From NCBI GenBank assembly GCA_019637755.1, contig JAHBVC010000002.1, forward strand, positions 293,342-357,341: 64,000 bases of DNA. Direction: 5' to 3'. The notes beneath the pieces were generated by a model. That model was not told the DNA's origin and did no database searches. It was given only the letters and a program-made list of their open reading frames with translations. A program made the position numbers and the translations under genes. Origin of the DNA: Anaerolineales bacterium. GTDB taxonomy: Bacteria > Chloroflexota > Anaerolineae > Anaerolineales > UBA11579. Below, in pieces: positions 53,523 to 61,445 of the stretch; within the stretch, counting starts at the first letter, position 1, and every line of letters begins with the position of its first letter.

Positions 53523-54260
53523 ATGGACAAACGAAAATTCATTATCGCATTACGCATTATTTTAGGAGTAGCGACCATCGCCGCGCTCATCCGCCAGTTT
53601 GGCAGCATGGGCGGCGAGGTGGTCAATTTCTTTAGCTACTTCACCCACCTCACAAACATTATTCTTGTGTTTGTGTACCTCAGCGGGGCGTGGACCCTGC
53701 TGCAAAACCGCAAGCCCACCGTCAAGCAAGAAATGCTGCGCGGCGGCTCGGTGGTCTTTATCCTCGTTGTCGGTCTGGTGTACGAGGCCTTGCTGCGCCG
53801 CAGCCTGGGTTCCGAACTCACCTGGAACAACCTGGTGGTGCATTACATCAACCCTGTCGTGGCTCTGCTGGACTGGTTGCTCTACCCGCCGCAGCAGAAG
53901 CTGCCCAAGAATGTGTGGGTCTACTGGCTGATATTCCCTCTCGGGTATCTGCTCTACAGCCTGGTACGCGGGGCGCTGGTGAATTGGTATCCCTACTCGT
54001 TCTTTGACCCGGTTCGCCAAGGTGGCTATGGCGGTGTAGCGCTGTACAGCGTGGGCATCACCCTTCTGTTCCTGCTGTTTAGCGGCCTGGTGCTCAAGCT
54101 CACCCGCACGCCAGCTGCGGCCCCGGTTGCGGCCACGGTGGCTTCGAAGGCGCCTGCCAAGGCGAAAGCCCCGGCCAAGAAAAAGGCTGCAAAGAAAGCT
54201 ACCAAGAAAGTCGCCAAGAAGGCAGTAAAGAAAGCTGCCAAACAAAAATCCCGCCGCTAG
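53523..54260 (+). CDS. Multi-pass membrane protein (possibly Pr6Pr/FAR-17a-AIG1-like) with Lys/Ala-rich C-terminal tail, paralog 1
   Basis: MDKRKFIIALRIILGVATIAALIRQF..FSYFTHLTNI..HYINPVVALLDWLLYPP..; tail ASKAPAKAKAPAKKKAAKKATKKVAKKAVKKAAKQKSRR. Confidence 0.5.
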   Translation: MDKRKFIIALRIILGVATIAALIRQFGSMGGEVVNFFSYFTHLTNIILVFVYLSGAWTLLQNRKPTVKQEMLRGGSVVFILVVGLVYEALLRRSLGSELTWNNLVVHYINPVVALLDWLLYPPQQKLPKNVWVYWLIFPLGYLLYSLVRGALVNWYPYSFFDPVRQGGYGGVALYSVGITLLFLLFSGLVLKLTRTPAAAPVAATVASKAPAKAKAPAKKKAAKKATKKVAKKAVKKAAKQKSRR

Positions 54261-54271
54261 GCGGGATTTTT
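54244..54271 (+). terminator. Intrinsic terminator whose stem encodes the last codons of the gene
   Basis: aaaaatcccgccgctaggcgggattttt; the stop codon TAG lies in the loop. Confidence 0.8.
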
Positions 54272-54322
54272 GTTATCCATCAACACCACTGCCGAATAGA
54301 CCATTTGCGCTATCATGGCGGC

Positions 54323-54799
54323 GTGGCAATCATAACCCTGCGCCCAGTAGAAGAAACAGACTTCCCCGTATTCCTCGTGCACCAGGCCGATGAAGGCTCG
54401 CGCTACATGGCCGCCTTCGGCACGCCAACCGCGTTGGACGCCGAGGCCCACGCCGCCCGCTGGGAGCGCATCCTCGCCAACCCAGACGGCGTAGCACGTA
54501 CCATTCTCGCCGATGGCGAGGTGGTTGGCAACATCATCACGTTTGTGATGTTCGGCGAGAACGACCTGGCCTACTGGCTGGGGCGCGAGCACTGGGGCCG
54601 CGACATCGCCACCCAGGCGGTACGCCTGTTCCTGCAGGAGTATCGCCAGCGCCCATTGTGTGCGCGCGCCGTCAAAGACAACCTGGCCTCATTGCGCGTG
54701 CTGGAGAAGTGCGGCTTTGTGCGCACAGGCGAAGAACGCAGCTTCTCTGACATCCGCAACGCCAATGTAGACGAAGTGCTGATGCGCCTGGACAGTTAG
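54323..54799 (+). CDS. GNAT-family N-acetyltransferase (RimJ/RimL-like)
   Basis: ..IITLRPVEETDFPVF.., ..YWLGREHWGRDIATQAV.., ..CGFVRTGE. The start is uncertain (TTG 54305 or GTG 54323). Confidence 0.75.
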   Translation: MAIITLRPVEETDFPVFLVHQADEGSRYMAAFGTPTALDAEAHAARWERILANPDGVARTILADGEVVGNIITFVMFGENDLAYWLGREHWGRDIATQAVRLFLQEYRQRPLCARAVKDNLASLRVLEKCGFVRTGEERSFSDIRNANVDEVLMRLDS

Positions 54800-54827
54800 C
54801 CTATTGCATTGCGCCGCCAAACCCGCC

Positions 54828-54833
54828 TACAAT
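54828..54833 (+). promoter_or_regulatory. -10 box (TACAAT) 6 nt upstream of the ATG; probable leaderless transcript
   Basis: TTGCAT (54804-54809), 18 nt, TACAAT, ggggtt, ATG 54840. The geometry parallels 53511. Confidence 0.45.
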
Positions 54834-54839
54834 GGGGTT

Positions 54840-55562
54840 ATGGACAAGCGCAAAACCCTCATCGTTGTTCGTTTATTCTTTGGCCTGCTCACTTTTTACG
54901 CAGTAGACTTGCAACTGGGCACTCATCTGCGGTTGGGTTATGACCCGGTCAACTACTTCAGCTACTTCACCAACCTAAGCAACCTGTTTCTGGCCGCCAT
55001 CTTTGTGATTGGCGGTCTGTTGCTGTGGCAGAAGCAAACTCCAACGCGCACCCAGGAATCGGCGCGCGGCGCTTCTGTGGTGTACATCGCCGTGGTGGGT
55101 ATCGTCTACGGCATTTTGCTGCGAGACATTGACCTGGGTTCGCTGGAGCCGTGGATTAATACCCTGCTGCATTATGTGAACCCTGTGGTGGGTGTGGTGG
55201 ATTGGTTTGTGTCACCGCCGCAGCACAAGCTGGCCAAAGACGCCTGGAAGCCGTGGTTCATGTTCCCCATCGCCTATCTTGGCTACACCCTGGTACGCGG
55301 CAGCCTGGTGGGCTGGTATCCCTACCCCTTCCTCAACCCGGGCAACGTGGGCGGCTACGCAATTGTTGCGCTGTATTGCCTGGCCATTCTGGTGGTGTTC
55401 TTTGCCATCAGCTGGGCTGTCATTCGGGTAGCCAACGGTAACGGCAGCTCATCCACGCCAACCGCGAAAACAAAGCCCAAATCAAAAACCAAGGCAAAAG
55501 CAACAAAGAAGGTTGCCAAGAAGGCAACCAAGAAAACTGCCAAACAAAAATCCCGCCGTTAG
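54840..55562 (+). CDS. Multi-pass membrane protein with Lys-rich tail, paralog 2
   Basis: MDKRKTLIVVRLFFGLLTFYAV..FSYFTNLSNL..HYVNPVVGVVDWFVSPP..; tail TAKTKPKSKTKAKATKKVAKKATKKTAKQKSRR. Confidence 0.5.
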   Translation: MDKRKTLIVVRLFFGLLTFYAVDLQLGTHLRLGYDPVNYFSYFTNLSNLFLAAIFVIGGLLLWQKQTPTRTQESARGASVVYIAVVGIVYGILLRDIDLGSLEPWINTLLHYVNPVVGVVDWFVSPPQHKLAKDAWKPWFMFPIAYLGYTLVRGSLVGWYPYPFLNPGNVGGYAIVALYCLAILVVFFAISWAVIRVANGNGSSSTPTAKTKPKSKTKAKATKKVAKKATKKTAKQKSRR

Positions 55563-55572
55563 GCGGGATTTT
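55546..55572. terminator. Intrinsic terminator, near-identical to 54244-54271
   Basis: aaaaatcccgccgttaggcgggatttt. Confidence 0.8.
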
Positions 55573-55574
55573 AC

Positions 55575-56213
55575 TTACTGGGTCTCCCCTTCGCGTATCC
55601 ATTGCAAATAGCGCGGCACCAAATCAGCAAAGAAGGCGTACTGGTCTACGCCGTCTTCGCCAGGCCCGGTCAGCAACAGGTAGAGATTGTGATAGGCAAT
55701 CTCCACACCAATGCCGCCGGAGCCGTCTTGCCAGACCAGGTGCTCAGCGTCTACACCGGGCAGATCGGGCCGCAGGGTCAGCTCGCCCATATCCAGCCGG
55801 TTCCAAACTTCGGCGTGCCATTCACGGCTGAGTACCGCCAGCGGGCCGGCCTCGCTCTCATAGACATTGACGACGTTCACCAGGTACAGCGGGCCAGCCC
55901 CGCTGCGGCGATCCAACTGGCGCTGCCAGCCCATCAGGCGGCCGGTGGCGGCGATGTAGGCTTCGCCATCGGGGCGCATCTCGATCACGCGGCTATTGGG
56001 TGCTTCGGTGCCGGCGCTGGTTAATGCGTAGGCTTCGCCGGTCAGCTCACTGGGCAGCAAGAAGTCTTGCGGGCCGCTGAGGAACACGCCGCCCGCCATC
56101 AGAAAGGGCTCGCGGGTAGCCTGGCTGGCCTGTGCCAGCTGTGGCTGGGCGCCGCAAGCGGCCAGGCTTAGCGTCAAAAGTAGCAGTACCAAAACACCTG
56201 TGCGAACCTTCAC
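55575..56213 (-). CDS. Hypothetical lipoprotein
   Basis: GGAGGG SD precedes GTG 56213. Signal/lipobox LLLLTLSLAAC. No family recognised. Confidence 0.5.
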   Translation of the reverse strand: MKVRTGVLVLLLLTLSLAACGAQPQLAQASQATREPFLMAGGVFLSGPQDFLLPSELTGEAYALTSAGTEAPNSRVIEMRPDGEAYIAATGRLMGWQRQLDRRSGAGPLYLVNVVNVYESEAGPLAVLSREWHAEVWNRLDMGELTLRPDLPGVDAEHLVWQDGSGGIGVEIAYHNLYLLLTGPGEDGVDQYAFFADLVPRYLQWIREGETQ

Positions 56214-56338
56214 ATACCCTCCGCGAGAGACGTACTATAGCACGCGGCAGGCCGCAACGGGGCGCAACCCCGCCGGGCAAGCCGTGTTTTATTTTGCAGG
56301 TACGGTATTCCGTATAGGGACCCCCCAAGGAGATTCTG

Positions 56339-56500
56339 ATGAACCTTCAGAAACCCACTACTGCATTGCAAGCAATCTTTTTCGTTTTGGCTGGCCTGAA
56401 GTACTTCGGCGTGGAAATCCCCTTCGCCGACACCCTGACCGGTATCGCCGGTGTGTTGGGTGGCGCGGGTGGCCTGCTGGGCGCCTTCACTGACAAGTAA
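56339..56500 (+). CDS. 53-aa membrane protein (below the ORF-track cutoff)
   Basis: AAGGAGA SD precedes ATG 56339. MNLQKPTTALQAIFFVLAGLKYFGVEIPFADTLTGIAGVLGGAGGLLGAFTDK. A strong terminator follows. Confidence 0.5.
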   Translation: MNLQKPTTALQAIFFVLAGLKYFGVEIPFADTLTGIAGVLGGAGGLLGAFTDK

Positions 56501-56514
56501 GTCAGTCACGCCAG

Positions 56515-56545
56515 AAAAAAAAGACCGGGCTTTGCCCGGTCTTTT
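56515..56545. terminator. Bidirectional intrinsic terminator
   Basis: aaaaaaaagaccgggctttgcccggtcttttt. Confidence 0.85.
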
Positions 56546-56548
56546 TGT

Positions 56549-58033
56549 TTAATCGCGATACAGCTGCACTTGATTTTTGCCGGATTGTTTCGCCTTGTAG
56601 AGCGCTTCGTCTGCCTGGTTAAGCAACTGGTTGAAATCCACGCTATCGCCGCGCCGGCCAGAGTAGCACGAGACCCCCAGGCTCACTGAGGCGTCTTCGC
56701 CGGCGCCGTTCACCAGCGGGCTCTGCGTGTACTGGTTGCGCACGCGCTCGGCCACATCGCCCGCCTCGCTGAGTGTGGCGCCGGGCAATACCAGCAGGAA
56801 TTCATCGCCGCCCCAGCGCCCGGCCCAGTCATAGCGGCGCTTCTGCATCTTGATGGCGCGGGCCAACTCCAGGATCACCTTGTCACCGGTGGTGTGCCCT
56901 TGCACATCGTTGATCACTTTGAGATTATCCAGATCCACCAGCACCAGGCACATCGGGCGGCCCTCACGCTGGGCGCGGAACCATTCGGCTTCGGCGTGCT
57001 CGGTCACGGCGCGGCGGTTGAGCAGCCCGGTCAGCGGGTCTTGCATCGCCAGGGTCTGCATCTCTTCCAGTGAGAAGCGCAACTGATCCTCCAGGCGTTT
57101 GCGCTCGGTAATATCGCGCACAATGCTCTGGTGATACAGCGGCATGCCGTCCTCATCCTTCACCAGCGACAAACCTACTTCGGTGATGATGCGGCTGGCG
57201 TCTTTGCGGATCATGGTGCGCTCAAACAGTGGCACATTGCCCTCGCGCTCCAGGCGGGTGAAGTTGGCCTTCATGGCGGCCACTTCGGTGGGCGCGATCA
57301 CCTCGGCGATCGGCTTGCCGAGCAGCTCCTGGCGCTCATAGCCCAGCAGGGCGGCGCCCTGCTGGTTGACGTCGAGGTAGCGCAACTGGGGATCGATCAA
57401 AAAGACGGCATCGTTGGTGTGTTCGAACAGGGAGCGGTAGCGGCCTTCATTGCGGCGCGCCCCCAGCAAACTTTCGCGTAGCACGATATCCCCCAAAAAG
57501 AAAATGAACACGAGGAAGAGCACGCTCATGATCAGCGGGGGCAACTCCCCCTCATAGGCCATCAATTGCAACCCCGGGAAAAGGCGCTGGCGCAGCGGCA
57601 GCGAAAAAATCAGGAAATCGAGGATGGCGGTCAGCAGCGCCATGAACACTGCCACCCGCCCACTGAGCAAGAAACGGGTCAGCACCACCAGCAGGAACTG
57701 CGGCACCATCCACATGCTATTGTGATTGGATTCGCCCAGTACCACCAGTAGGGTTAGCCCCCAGAAACTCCACACGATCAACGTGGTAGCGGCAGTGATG
57801 CGCCCACGCTTCCACAAGATCCACACCAGGCCGAGGAAGAGCAGCATCAGCCCCTGGCCTACGCGGGCGGCCGGGCTGGCTTGAAACAGGCCACCGGTGA
57901 CCACAATGCCGACGACGGCCAGCAAAAAGATTACCCAAAAAATGTAGCCGAAGAGACGGCCCCGCAGATCATCTGATATATCCCCAGCGCGGCTTAACCG
58001 CACCAAGTCCTTGAGGCGGCGCATCACTTGCAT
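56549..58033 (-). CDS. Membrane-anchored PAS-GGDEF diguanylate cyclase
   Basis: N-terminal multi-TM region, a PAS domain (..YRSLFEHTNDAVFLIDP..) and a GGDEF domain (RWGGDEFLLVL) with an RxxD-like I-site. Confidence 0.85.
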   Translation of the reverse strand: MQVMRRLKDLVRLSRAGDISDDLRGRLFGYIFWVIFLLAVVGIVVTGGLFQASPAARVGQGLMLLFLGLVWILWKRGRITAATTLIVWSFWGLTLLVVLGESNHNSMWMVPQFLLVVLTRFLLSGRVAVFMALLTAILDFLIFSLPLRQRLFPGLQLMAYEGELPPLIMSVLFLVFIFFLGDIVLRESLLGARRNEGRYRSLFEHTNDAVFLIDPQLRYLDVNQQGAALLGYERQELLGKPIAEVIAPTEVAAMKANFTRLEREGNVPLFERTMIRKDASRIITEVGLSLVKDEDGMPLYHQSIVRDITERKRLEDQLRFSLEEMQTLAMQDPLTGLLNRRAVTEHAEAEWFRAQREGRPMCLVLVDLDNLKVINDVQGHTTGDKVILELARAIKMQKRRYDWAGRWGGDEFLLVLPGATLSEAGDVAERVRNQYTQSPLVNGAGEDASVSLGVSCYSGRRGDSVDFNQLLNQADEALYKAKQSGKNQVQLYRD

Positions 58034-58126
58034 ACGTACGAACCCGCAGAACTATACCGCTGTTTTGGTTTTGCAATCCCACCCGCGGCCCGCCCCGGCG
58101 TTGGCGCGTGCGGCGGGCGCGGCATT

Positions 58127-60220
58127 TTAGGCCACGCCTACCCGGTTGCGCCCGGCTTGCTTGGCGCGGTAGAGTGCCCGGTCAGCCTTGGCGAACAGGC
58201 CACCCGGCGTTTCGGCATGCGCACCGGCCCGGTCTGACACGACTCCCAGGCTGACCTGCAAGGTCAGCGTCTCGCCATCTTCCAGGCGTACATGCGCCTG
58301 GCCAATGCGTTGGCGCAAACGCTCGGCCACCTGCAAAGCCACTTCCTGATCCGAACCGGGCAGCAGCAGCATGAACTCATCGCCACCCCAGCGGCCAGCC
58401 ACATCATTGCGGCGCATGCTGGTCTTGAGCAGGGTGCCCACCAGCTTGAGCGCTTCATCGCCCATCAGGTGGCCGTGGGTGTCATTGATCTCTTTGAGGT
58501 GATCCAGATCCAGCAAGATCAAGCTAAACGGCAGCCCCGCTTGCATGGCGCCGCGCCATTCCAACTCGGCGCGCTCAGTGATCGCCCGGCGATTGTGCAA
58601 GCCGGTGAGCGCATCGGTCATCGCCTGCGTTTCCGTCTCGCGCAAGTTGCGCTCCAATTGTTCGCGCAGGCGCACTTCGTTGTCCACATCGCGGCCGGCC
58701 GCTTGCACTTCCACCAGCACACCGTTCTCGTCAAAGATGCCGCGCGAGGTCCATTCGATCCAGCGCAGCACGCCATCGGCGCGCAAGCTCAGGTTGCGGC
58801 TGGTGGTTGCCGGGTGCTCAACGGAGATCGAGTCGATCTTGGCGCGCAGGGCCTCGGCCTCCTCTTGATTGAGCATTTGGTTCCAAATCGGGCGGTGCTC
58901 GGCTCCCTTAGGCGGCAAGTTAAAGAAGCGTTCATAGGCTTCGTTGGCAAAGGTGATCAGGCCCTGCGGCGAGTAGCGGCAAATCATATCGGTCTGGTCT
59001 TGCAGGATCGCCAGGTAGTGTTGCTGGCTGCGGTGCAGGGCGCGCTCGACCTGTTGGCGCTCGATCACGCCGCCCAGGATGCCAGCCGCCGCCCGCAGCG
59101 CTTCTTCTTCATCCAGCGTCCATTCGCGTTCGGTCTTGATCTCATCGAAGCCAATAAAGCCCCACCAGGCGGCGCGCACAAAGATCGGCACGAGCAGGAT
59201 CGATTTCAATCCCTGCGATTGCAAGCGGCGCCGCTCACCGTCTGGCAGGTCTTTCACCCGGCTGCTGACTACGCGATTGTTGGACAGCAGATCGACCCAG
59301 CGCGAGAGCCCCACCTCGCGAAAATGGGTGCTCTTGAAGCGCCCCAATTGCATGTATTCGGAGACGTTGCTATTGGCCCAGGCGGCCAACTCATGCGACA
59401 TCAAGTTATCACCACTGCCCGGGGCATTTTCAAAGATGCGCACCCGGTCAACCCCGGTGGCCTGGCCCAGATCACCCAGCACATCCTGAATGCTTTCGGC
59501 AAACGAGTGCTGGCGAAAAAGTTGCTCCGCGGCGCGTGACACCGCTTTGAGGATGGCTTCTTTGCGCCGCAGATGGCTCTCTTCCACGCTCTGGGCCTGC
59601 TGGGCAGCATGCAGCTCGCTCACCCGCGTGGTGAGCGAGTCTTCCTTGGCCTGGGCCTCATCAAAGGCTACCCGCAACCGGTTGACGTAGGTGAGGGTGA
59701 GCCCCACGCTCATGATGAAGAACAGCGATTGCACCGCCCAATAGGCGTGCATGTCCAACAGCAGCGTCGGCGGCTCCCCATTCTGGGTATGCAACAGGAC
59801 GGTGACGTAGTTCCACAGGATGGTGAGTAGTGCCAGCGTCGACGCAAACGATCCGTTCACCAGCAAGCCGGCCATGAAGATCATCAGAATCTGGCCGAGC
59901 ATCGAGACGCTGCGCACCCCTTCGCCCCAGTACATCGCCGCGCTAATGCAGCCCCACAGGGCCAGCAGCATACAGATGCCGGCAAACTGCACCCAGCCGC
60001 GGCGCAACAATGCCAGGGTAATGAACTCAACCAGGATGGCGCCCAGCGCGATATTACGGCCGGTCAGGTTGTGCGGGGCCAGCACCGTTAACAGCAGCGC
60101 CAAGCAGATGGTGGCGGGAATTAAGACCGCCAGAATACGGCTGAGAAGCCCGGCCTGACGTCTAAGCTCTGAATCTTCTAGTTCGGGGGCGCCTAACCAG
60201 CGTTGCACACGCGCTATCAT
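58127..60220 (-). CDS. Membrane-anchored GAF-PAS-GGDEF diguanylate cyclase
   Basis: 697 aa: N-terminal TM bundle, coiled coil, GAF, PAS, and GGDEF (RWGGDEFMLLL). Confidence 0.85.
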   Translation of the reverse strand: MIARVQRWLGAPELEDSELRRQAGLLSRILAVLIPATICLALLLTVLAPHNLTGRNIALGAILVEFITLALLRRGWVQFAGICMLLALWGCISAAMYWGEGVRSVSMLGQILMIFMAGLLVNGSFASTLALLTILWNYVTVLLHTQNGEPPTLLLDMHAYWAVQSLFFIMSVGLTLTYVNRLRVAFDEAQAKEDSLTTRVSELHAAQQAQSVEESHLRRKEAILKAVSRAAEQLFRQHSFAESIQDVLGDLGQATGVDRVRIFENAPGSGDNLMSHELAAWANSNVSEYMQLGRFKSTHFREVGLSRWVDLLSNNRVVSSRVKDLPDGERRRLQSQGLKSILLVPIFVRAAWWGFIGFDEIKTEREWTLDEEEALRAAAGILGGVIERQQVERALHRSQQHYLAILQDQTDMICRYSPQGLITFANEAYERFFNLPPKGAEHRPIWNQMLNQEEAEALRAKIDSISVEHPATTSRNLSLRADGVLRWIEWTSRGIFDENGVLVEVQAAGRDVDNEVRLREQLERNLRETETQAMTDALTGLHNRRAITERAELEWRGAMQAGLPFSLILLDLDHLKEINDTHGHLMGDEALKLVGTLLKTSMRRNDVAGRWGGDEFMLLLPGSDQEVALQVAERLRQRIGQAHVRLEDGETLTLQVSLGVVSDRAGAHAETPGGLFAKADRALYRAKQAGRNRVGVA

Positions 60221-60234
60221 CGCTGCGCCCGATT

Positions 60235-61002
60235 TTAGCGTGATTCCCAGTTTCGCAAGGCATCCTCCACGCAGGCGGCCACCTCCACCGGGCGCTCAAG
60301 CATCAGCATATGCCCCGCGCCAGGCACGGCTTGGTAGCGCGCCAGTGGCAAACGCTGCGCCAGCGCCTGCGAGAGGTGCGGCGCGACCATTTGGTCTTCC
60401 GCCCCGCTGAGCAGCAAAGCCGGCACGCGCAGCCCAGGCGCCGCTTCGCCAAAATCAAAGTGGCTGCAGGCCACGAAATCCGCATACAACTGGCCGGCAC
60501 GGTTGGCCAGCAGTTGGCGCGTGTACGCGCTGCGCAGCGCGGCATGGCTCTGCCGCGCAAACGACCATTGCACGATGTTGCGCACGCCCTCGTTGCCGCG
60601 GCCGGGGTGCAACAGCGTCTCCATTAAGTGGGGGTTCACTGAGAAGCGCGCCGCGCCGCCCAACAGCACCAGCCCCTGCGTGCGCCGCGCGGCACGCTGC
60701 GCCATCAGCAGAGCGATGGCTGCGCCCATTGAATGACCGGCCAGCACGGCCTGCTCGATCCCCAGGTCAGCCAGCCATTGCCACAAACAATCGGCGTAGG
60801 CGGCGAGCGTTTCCATTGAAGCCAGCGAAGAACTGCCATGCCCGGGCAGATCCGGCGCAATCACGCGCCAGCCCGGCAGGCGGCGCAGTTGGTACGGCCA
60901 ACTGGCCGTGCTACCCCCCGCGCCATGGATTAAAAGAAGCACCGGCATGGAATCACGGTGCCCGGTTTGTGCGGCGTAATACAAGCCCCCGCTTCTCGGC
61001 AT
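60235..61002 (-). CDS. Alpha/beta-fold hydrolase
   Basis: LLIHGAGGS, nucleophile elbow GHSMGA, and a C-terminal GHMLMLERP. Confidence 0.85.
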   Translation of the reverse strand: MPRSGGLYYAAQTGHRDSMPVLLLIHGAGGSTASWPYQLRRLPGWRVIAPDLPGHGSSSLASMETLAAYADCLWQWLADLGIEQAVLAGHSMGAAIALLMAQRAARRTQGLVLLGGAARFSVNPHLMETLLHPGRGNEGVRNIVQWSFARQSHAALRSAYTRQLLANRAGQLYADFVACSHFDFGEAAPGLRVPALLLSGAEDQMVAPHLSQALAQRLPLARYQAVPGAGHMLMLERPVEVAACVEDALRNWESR

Positions 61003-61052
61003 TTGCAGCCTCCCGAGATGCGGCCTACTGCCCCTTCAGCCCCCTTAGACCA

Positions 61053-61445
61053 TCATTTCTTCATCAATAAGATATGAGCACCAAGCCCCATCAAGCCACC
61101 CAGCAATGCACACAGCGGAAGCGCGGTGAGCACGGCGGCAAACTGGCGCAGCGCGAAATCAGGAAACCCGTGCGCATGCACCCCACTCTTGAACACCATC
61201 AGCCCCAGCGTGAGCACTGGCGCGCTGGCCAACCAGGCGGCGGCCACCAGCGTAGCCGCTACGCGGCCCAGTGTAGACCAAAACGGCCACATGCGCAGCG
61301 CCAGCCAGACACACAAATCCAACGCCAGTACTAACGGGAAGGTAAGCTGGGTATCTTCAAACGGCAGCCAGAGCAGAAAGAGCACCAGCCAAACCGCACC
61401 GAGCATGCGCAGCCTGCGCGGGGCGGCAGCCGGTGCGGTGCTCAC
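61053..61445 (-). CDS. Hypothetical four-helix membrane protein
   Basis: The GTG start overlaps the kinase stop (GTGA). The sequence is hydrophobic throughout. Confidence 0.45.
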   Translation of the reverse strand: MSTAPAAAPRRLRMLGAVWLVLFLLWLPFEDTQLTFPLVLALDLCVWLALRMWPFWSTLGRVAATLVAAAWLASAPVLTLGLMVFKSGVHAHGFPDFALRQFAAVLTALPLCALLGGLMGLGAHILLMKK

